Assembly: GCA_965197855.1 (NCBI GenBank)
Contig: OZ240230.1
Coordinates: 960,153-1,024,152, forward strand
DNA from: Bdellovibrionales bacterium
GTDB lineage: Bacteria; Bdellovibrionota; Bdellovibrionia; Bdellovibrionales; UBA1609
Reading direction: 5' to 3'
DNA: 64,000 nucleotides
Translations under genes and position numbers: made by a program
Part shown: one piece after another, positions 58,391 through 64,000 of the stretch
Numbering within the stretch: position 1 is the first letter of the stretch
Layout: the number at the start of each line of letters is the position of its first letter
Notes under the pieces: generated by a model
The model's input: the letters and a program-made list of their open reading frames with translations, nothing else
The model's database searches: none
Told to the model about the DNA's origin: nothing

Positions 58391-59599
58391 GTGTTTGGTA
58401 TGTTTAAGGTATGGATTGTTTTGCTACTAACTGTAGCAGGTTTTCAAGCTATGGCTGTGGATGCTGATTTCAATGGTGAGTATCGCTTCCGTGTAAACAG
58501 CGAAAGTAATATGGGGGATGATGTAGTTGATAATATTGGTACTAATTTATCTTCTGAAATTAGAGCTAAAGTGTCTGGTTCATTTAGACCTAGTGAGTCC
58601 TTTGAAGGAGTTGCTACACTTTATCTAAACTTGGATGGTGGGTTTCGGGCTTTACAAGATCAAATGGTTGCTTATGGTGACTGGATGATGTCCGACGAAT
58701 TTATGCTAAGAGCTGGGCAATCTACTTATAAAATTGCAGATGGCTCTGTATTAGGTATCAATGATTACGATGCTGTACCTAGTTTATTTAAAGGATTATT
58801 TTTAACTCATAGTTCAGAAAATGTTGGTTTGGATGTAGCTCTTATTCAAAATAGAGATGTGAATGATCTATTTGTTGTATCTGTAGATGCTCGGTCTTTC
58901 CCTGATTTGGTTAAGACAGCTAACTTTCACTTTATTGTAAGAGATGTGAGACGAAAAATGGGTATTCAAAAACCTATGATTCTTCCTGCGTCTGTAGTAG
59001 ACCCGCAAACTGGAAGTATTATTGTCGCTAGTGAAGAAGTTGGAGGAGACAACAGCAAAGGAGTTTATCTAGGTACTACTTTAGGTGGAGGAGCTGAAGG
59101 TTTCGGTTATAAAGTGACAGCTTCTACAGATTCACTTACCAATGTGTTGGGTCTTTCTAACTTACTTGTAAATGGTAAAGTCAGCTATTCTTTTGAAATG
59201 GATAACTCCAGCTTAAAAGCTTATGTTGGAGGACATAAAGATGGATCTGATTATGAAACTATTCTTTATGAAAAACATTTCAATGCCGGTAAAATGGATA
59301 GAGCTCTTTGGGGTCATGGTCTTGCTTATGCCTATGGTGGACTTGCTTATAATACAAGTTCTGATTGGGGATTAGGTGTGAAAGGTTATTACTTTATAGA
59401 AAGTAATGGATTGGCGTCAGAAGATGATAAAGTCAAGGGTAAGCTACCAGTAGCTGAAGGAGATGTGGAAGTTGATGTTTATGTGAAAAAAGATTTCAAC
59501 TCTTCTGTAACTGGTAAAATTTGGGTTGGAACTTTAATTCCTAAAGCAGATGGCAATGTAGATTTAACAGCTGAAGCTGTTATTAAAATGAAATTTTAA
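58391..59599 (+). CDS. outer-membrane beta-barrel (porin-like) protein
   Basis: Signal peptide ending QAMA, alternating-strand pattern, C-terminal VIKMKF. Confidence 0.55.
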   Translation: MFGMFKVWIVLLLTVAGFQAMAVDADFNGEYRFRVNSESNMGDDVVDNIGTNLSSEIRAKVSGSFRPSESFEGVATLYLNLDGGFRALQDQMVAYGDWMMSDEFMLRAGQSTYKIADGSVLGINDYDAVPSLFKGLFLTHSSENVGLDVALIQNRDVNDLFVVSVDARSFPDLVKTANFHFIVRDVRRKMGIQKPMILPASVVDPQTGSIIVASEEVGGDNSKGVYLGTTLGGGAEGFGYKVTASTDSLTNVLGLSNLLVNGKVSYSFEMDNSSLKAYVGGHKDGSDYETILYEKHFNAGKMDRALWGHGLAYAYGGLAYNTSSDWGLGVKGYYFIESNGLASEDDKVKGKLPVAEGDVEVDVYVKKDFNSSVTGKIWVGTLIPKADGNVDLTAEAVIKMKF

Positions 59600-59602
59600 T
59601 TA

Positions 59603-60205
59603 TTGTTGATGTTATCTGATTTTTTTAAAAAGCTGGGGTTTTATGGCTTCAGCTTTTTTTTCATTTTTACTTGGAATGGATGGGGTCTAATCCCTCAAGC
59701 TGATGTTCAAGCACATCGTACAAATAATAAAGTCACATTATCCAAGAAAACTAATCCAAATATTGATTTGAAAAGTCAGTTGTCTCAAGCTTTGGCTATA
59801 ATGGCTGAGGTGCATGAAAGCATTAAAAAAGGTCATTACCAGCAGTTTCAACTGCAGGTATCCAATATGATTCAACAATTGGATCGGATTAATGTTTTTA
59901 GAGAATCTCAATTAACGTACCATCAAAGAAATTATCTGGCTCGTCAGCTTCATACAATAAAAGAGAATTTGAGATTTGTTATGTTTGGTAAAGATTTTCA
60001 AGATCAGAGTATGCAAGTTTTAAGAAGGGTAAATAAGGAGTTGATTCATATTTCTCAAATGTACTCTCTAAATGATCAGTTGTCTCAACAATATAGTGTT
60101 TATTTTTGTTCTCAAACAGAAAGTGCATGGATTCAAAAATCCAATTCAACAGTGTATAACCCCTTTCAAAAAGGGTATCGCAATTGCGGTCGAAAAATTC
60201 GTTAA
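59603..60205 (+). CDS. secreted helical protein, DUF3347-like (tentative)
   Basis: Signal-like N-terminus; C-terminal YFCSQTESAWIQKSNSTVYNPFQKGYRNCG resembles the DUF3347 tail as I recall it. Confidence 0.45.
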   Translation: MLMLSDFFKKLGFYGFSFFFIFTWNGWGLIPQADVQAHRTNNKVTLSKKTNPNIDLKSQLSQALAIMAEVHESIKKGHYQQFQLQVSNMIQQLDRINVFRESQLTYHQRNYLARQLHTIKENLRFVMFGKDFQDQSMQVLRRVNKELIHISQMYSLNDQLSQQYSVYFCSQTESAWIQKSNSTVYNPFQKGYRNCGRKIR

Positions 60206-60239
60206 TTAAAATTATGATTTTAATGGTATAATTAACAGC

Positions 60240-60848
60240 ATGAATATTTATTCTTTACCTAAGAAGCTTTTGGTGACTTTGTTATTAGCGGCCGGTGTGG
60301 CCTTTGTTATATTGCAAAATCCCCCTAAAGGGATTTGTGATGTTCAAAAAGAAAATTATATAGCTAATAATGTAGTGTTTTTATTTCCAAAATCGAAAAG
60401 TTCTTCTTCCAATAAAAAAGAGAACTCTTTTTATGAAACAGCTTTGGAAGAATGTCGTCAGAATAACTCTCCTGGGGGATGTTACAGTTTATTTTCCAGT
60501 GTTCATCGTTTGATTCGATCTTTTAATAATGTGGATTCCAAGTGTCATAAACAAGTGGCTCAGATAAAGGAAGTGCGTACAGCTTTATTTTCTCTTTATT
60601 CTTTATTTGTTGAAATTTCCTGGGCAGAGGGCCCTCAGAACGAATTATCGAATCCTTTGGCTTGGTTGTCAGTCAATGATGTAGCCACTTTTTGCCAAGT
60701 GAAAAATCAAATTTATTATTTTTATGAGGAATCTGAGTTGTCCCAACTAGAACAAAAGATTTTTATAGATATAGCGGCAGAGCATTCAGAGCAGGAAATT
60801 CGTAAATTTTCTATTTTGTCTGAGAACTGCTCACAATATCCTAGATGA
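60240..60848 (+). CDS. hypothetical Cys-containing exported or anchored protein
   Basis: 202 aa; N-terminal hydrophobic segment; no recognisable domain. Confidence 0.45.
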   Translation: MNIYSLPKKLLVTLLLAAGVAFVILQNPPKGICDVQKENYIANNVVFLFPKSKSSSSNKKENSFYETALEECRQNNSPGGCYSLFSSVHRLIRSFNNVDSKCHKQVAQIKEVRTALFSLYSLFVEISWAEGPQNELSNPLAWLSVNDVATFCQVKNQIYYFYEESELSQLEQKIFIDIAAEHSEQEIRKFSILSENCSQYPR

Positions 60849-60963
60849 TACAAATGACTTAGAAAACTTCTGTAATGCTTTAGTCTAGTTGTTTCTTTTT
60901 GTACAAAATATTCTGACTTTATAAATCATCATTATAAGTTATTTTGCCGAATGTTCATATGTA

Positions 60964-62070
60964 ATGAAAAATCATTTAACTCTTTTATTGTATTTGTTTA
61001 GCTTATTTTTTCTTTTTTCAAGCTGTACATTTCCTGAAGGTTCAAGTTATTTAAATAATACAGATAGAGACAGATCGATCGATTCAGCAGAATATGAACC
61101 TGCTGAAAGAAGTCGCAGGGGTGGGAGAAGTAGAAGAAGAAGTAGTAGTAGTAGTGGAGGTAGTAGCAGTAGCAGTTCAAATCTTTCACCTACTATTGAT
61201 GAAATAAACAGATTAGAAGAGTTGGAAGTTGAAGATTATTTAGATTCGGTAGTTTACTTTTATAATTTAATTGGTGTTTGTGATTCTTCTACTACAGCTT
61301 CAACACATGAATCTTGCGTTTTAAATTGCATTCGCACAGAGAGTAATAATCTTTTGTCCTGTTTATCCACTTGTAACTCTGATAATAGTTGTAGTGTCGA
61401 GGGTAGTGATGCGAGTGGTGTTTTTGAATCAAGCTCCACTGTTTTAACAAATCATCATGTTGTTGAAGAGGCCGTTGGTCCTTATACAGAAAATGGAGAA
61501 TATTATTACCATATAGTCACTTCTATAGAATCACATTCAGGAGATAAGGCTCTTTTAGATTCTGTCAGATGGTATAATGTAAATGATGATGTTGCTCTAG
61601 TAGAGTTGAGTATGAGCCTTTCAGGTTCGGATGCTCCATCTTTTGGGAGTCTGAGTTCTTTAAGATTATTAGATGAATTGTTTACTATTGGAAACCCAGA
61701 TGGAGTTAAATGGACAGCTTCATTGGGTCATTTGACAAATAAAAATCCACCTCTTGAAGTTTGTGATAACTGTATTTTGTATTCTATTCCCACTGGTGGA
61801 GGAAATAGCGGTGGACCTGTATTTAACTCTGAGGGACGACTTGTTGCCATTCATGCTTTTGTACTGTTACAGGATGCATACGCTAGATATGATAATATGC
61901 GGGGAGGTCCTCATATCGATAGAATTAAAGAGCTTATTCAAGAAAATAGATCAGGCAATCAACGTCAAACTGTGGTATTAAATAGAATAGAAAGGAAGCT
62001 TGCTAGGAGCGATCAAAGGGAATTAGCTGAGATTGTTAAAGATATCGTCGTTGATTTAAGAAGGAATTAA
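60964..62070 (+). CDS. trypsin-like serine protease lipoprotein with Arg/Ser-rich linker
   Basis: Lipobox LFSSC; RSRRGGRSRRRSSSSSGGSSSSSS; His (TNHHVV), Asp (DDVALVEL), Ser (GGGNSGGPVF). Confidence 0.8.
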   Translation: MKNHLTLLLYLFSLFFLFSSCTFPEGSSYLNNTDRDRSIDSAEYEPAERSRRGGRSRRRSSSSSGGSSSSSSNLSPTIDEINRLEELEVEDYLDSVVYFYNLIGVCDSSTTASTHESCVLNCIRTESNNLLSCLSTCNSDNSCSVEGSDASGVFESSSTVLTNHHVVEEAVGPYTENGEYYYHIVTSIESHSGDKALLDSVRWYNVNDDVALVELSMSLSGSDAPSFGSLSSLRLLDELFTIGNPDGVKWTASLGHLTNKNPPLEVCDNCILYSIPTGGGNSGGPVFNSEGRLVAIHAFVLLQDAYARYDNMRGGPHIDRIKELIQENRSGNQRQTVVLNRIERKLARSDQRELAEIVKDIVVDLRRN

Positions 62071-62074
62071 ACAT

Positions 62075-62317
62075 ATGAATATCATCTGTCTTATAATTAT
62101 ATTTTTTTCATTTTCATTATACGCAGGAGAAAAACCACAAAAGGAAAGTGTGGACAATGCATGTATTCAACAGGAAGCAAATCTGTATCAACATGTTACT
62201 ATTTTACTACAAAGAGAAGAATCTTTAAAGATAGCAGAAGAGGAACATGAAAAAGTTTTCGAGGAATACAACCAATGCATGTCTGAAAATAATGAAGCAT
62301 CTTCTAATGATCAATAA
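62075..62317 (+). CDS. small secreted acidic protein
   Basis: 80 aa; signal peptide (FSFSLYAGE); starts 4 nt after the protease stop. Confidence 0.45.
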   Translation: MNIICLIIIFFSFSLYAGEKPQKESVDNACIQQEANLYQHVTILLQREESLKIAEEEHEKVFEEYNQCMSENNEASSNDQ

Positions 62318-62381
62318 GATAATTTAATAAAAGTTCAAATTAATTTAGCTATTAATAAGTTTTTATTATAAAGAGACAAAA

Positions 62382-63065
62382 ATGAAAGAAGGTTTTTTGA
62401 AAAAGAAAAGAGATGATATCTTTTTACTTATTTTAATCCTCTTTACTTTTTCTGTATCTTGCACGCAAAAAAGTTTTGTGTGCTGGAATGAAGAAAAAAC
62501 AGAAGCCATAGCTTTTTCCTTTGATGATATTTTAAATATTGTTACAGTTCGGGATATTCATAGTTATTCTACTTTAAATGCAAAAAAAGAACCTTTAGAT
62601 TCTGATATGCCTGGGGGAACTCATGTTCTTCAGATGGATGAGGATTTTATTACTTTGGAGGTGATACAAGATACGGTTTTGGTTAAAACTCGCTTGCCAT
62701 CAGGAGAGTTTATAAAAAATCCTGCGGATATTGATAATGAATATGATTATTTAAATCAAAGACGTTATCATGCTGTTTATCCTGTGGTGCATAAGTATGT
62801 CTTTGATAAAGGGTTGTCGAAACTTTCTCTCTTTTATTCGGCTCTCCCCAAACCACGTTCAGCCATAGAGCAGGAATTTATTTCTGATAAAACAAGAGGG
62901 GATCTTTATCCAAGAAAAGTAAAGGATCTGACAGCTGAGGAATTTTCTTCTATTTTTCCACCTCATGAAAAATCCAGTACTTTTCTTTATCCTAAGTGTA
63001 GAGAAGAGACTTATTCGCTGAAAAGAATTTTACGCACTATTATCAGACATCTCACTTTTGCGTAG
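62382..63065 (+). CDS. hypothetical lipoprotein
   Basis: 227 aa; lipobox FSVSC; last codons overlap a fragment of the tRNA-linked module core. Confidence 0.5.
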   Translation: MKEGFLKKKRDDIFLLILILFTFSVSCTQKSFVCWNEEKTEAIAFSFDDILNIVTVRDIHSYSTLNAKKEPLDSDMPGGTHVLQMDEDFITLEVIQDTVLVKTRLPSGEFIKNPADIDNEYDYLNQRRYHAVYPVVHKYVFDKGLSKLSLFYSALPKPRSAIEQEFISDKTRGDLYPRKVKDLTAEEFSSIFPPHEKSSTFLYPKCREETYSLKRILRTIIRHLTFA

Positions 63066-63147
63066 GCTCCCTTTCCTTGTTCTCTATGTAGAGCATTTCA
63101 TCATACTAAGATATTTATTTTGCTTCTTTTTTAAAAGAAGAGAAAAG

Positions 63148-63165
63148 TGACCACGAGTGGACTCG
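63148..63165 (-). repeat. duplicate of the last 18 nt of tRNA-Arg
   Basis: TGACCACGAGTGGACTCG identical to 63345-63362. Confidence 0.95.
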
Positions 63166-63311
63166 CCTACTACAGTCATTCGCATCCAGCTCACTCCTTG
63201 CGTAGGCTCTCTTCAGACACTCAGAAAATCGTCAAGATTTTCTGCCTTGTATTGAATACTTTCATATTTAACACAAGTCGTGTCTTCACTTCGAGTCCAC
63301 TGATGATAAAA

Positions 63312-63338
63312 AAGAAGAGGACTTACAGCCCCCTTCTT
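63312..63338 (-). terminator. rho-independent terminator after tRNA-Arg
   Basis: In tRNA sense AAGAAGGGG-GCTGTAAGT-CCTCTTCTT followed by TTTTTAT; one mismatch in a 9-bp stem. Confidence 0.6.
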
Positions 63339-63344
63339 TTTTAT

Positions 63345-63418
63345 TGACCACGAGTGGACTCGAACCACTGACCTGCAGTTTAGGAAACTGTTGCTCTATC
63401 CAGCTGAGCTACGTGGCC
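63345..63418 (-). tRNA. tRNA-Arg(CCT), CCA not encoded
   Basis: Reverse complement GGCCACGTAGCTCAGCTGGATAGAGCAACAGTTTCCTAAACTGCAGGTCAGTGGTTCGAGTCCACTCGTGGTCA folds as a cloverleaf with anticodon loop TTCCTAA. Confidence 0.92.
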
Positions 63419-64000
63419 GGCCTTTTTAATTGCAATTGAATTTTTTGTGCCAGCTCTGCAAAGCATTTTCCCTCTTCCAAATCCTGTTCCATCAAAGGAA
63501 TCCCAGATTCTGCAAAAAGACCGATATCCGGATGAAAAGGAACCTGAACTAACTTTTCTATTTCATGCTCCTTCAAATAAGAATCCAATTGTCCCTTTGG
63601 AAAGAGCTGAATCATATCATTTGCCTGTTTCAAATAAGCCATATTTTCCACAACACCCAAAAGTGGAATTTGTATTTCCTTAAACATAGCTACAGCTCTA
63701 ATGGCATCGGCCAAAGCCAGATTTTGAGGTGTACAAACTACAATGCCACCGGAGACAGGAGTTTTTTGAGCCAATGTCAGAGCTATATCTCCCGTGCCAG
63801 GTGGAAGATCCACTAACAAATAATCCAAATCTCCCCAATCCACTTCATTTAAAAACTGTTCAATGGCTTTAAACAACATAGGGCCTCTCCAAATGACGGC
63901 CGCATGTTCGTCTACTAAATAACCAATAGAAGTTAGTTTCAATCCGTGTTTCATAATGGGTACTAAACGTTCTTGATGAACTCTCATCTTTTCTTTCTTT
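63409..64000 (-). CDS. apbC: Mrp/ApbC-family Fe-S cluster carrier ATPase, C-terminal part (5' end outside window)
   Basis: AVIWRGPML, DYLLVDLPPGTGD and VENM motifs; frame stays open to the window edge; stop lies 10 nt inside tRNA-Arg. Confidence 0.85.
   Translation of the reverse strand, partial: KKEKMRVHQERLVPIMKHGLKLTSIGYLVDEHAAVIWRGPMLFKAIEQFLNEVDWGDLDYLLVDLPPGTGDIALTLAQKTPVSGGIVVCTPQNLALADAIRAVAMFKEIQIPLLGVVENMAYLKQANDMIQLFPKGQLDSYLKEHEIEKLVQVPFHPDIGLFAESGIPLMEQDLEEGKCFAELAQKIQLQLKRPAT

Larger units (their letters stand above)
63123..63344 (-). mobile_element. tRNA-Arg-linked ~200-bp insertion module, homologous to the one at ssrA
   Basis: Bracketed by 18-bp perfect direct repeats of the tRNA-Arg 3' end; same architecture and about 79 percent core identity to 22870-23095. 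Confidence 0.5.

Overview
AT-rich (about one-third GC by eye), densely packed chromosomal segment of a diderm bacterium: about 65 CDS, 3 tRNAs and 1 tmRNA. Most genes are housekeeping: ggt (partial), dapD, murI, mreC-mreD-mrdA-rodA, hpt, bamD, mlaE-mlaF-mlaD, ssrA, rny, coaD-rsmD, nusB, ppsR, tolQ-tolR-tolA-tolB, sufBCD, typA, pyrC, ogt and apbC (partial). The envelope gene set, together with many secreted proteases and Sel1/ankyrin-like proteins, suggests a Bdellovibrionota/Oligoflexia-like predatory or host-associated lineage; this is a low-confidence inference. I found no CRISPR array, integrase, transposase, phage gene or recognisable defence system. The most unusual signal is non-coding. 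Both ssrA and tRNA-Arg(CCT) are followed by homologous ~200-bp modules. Each module carries a perfect duplicate of the local tRNA 3' end, an inverted copy of the local T-arm, and a ~127-nt core with hairpins that show compensatory substitutions. I do not recognise this as any known element or RNA family. A similar pattern occurs at ogt, where an intact-frame but diverged duplicate of the last 95 bp lies 682 bp downstream, bracketing a small insert. Lesser items are a MITE-like inverted repeat, an A7-frameshifted mini-lipoprotein gene, a Sel1 gene remnant, a trypsin-Sel1 fusion, and a tRNA-flanked cluster of secreted proteins. All calls come from reading the sequence and ORF translations only, with no database searches. 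RNA ends are good to a few nt, and CDS starts are often ambiguous.
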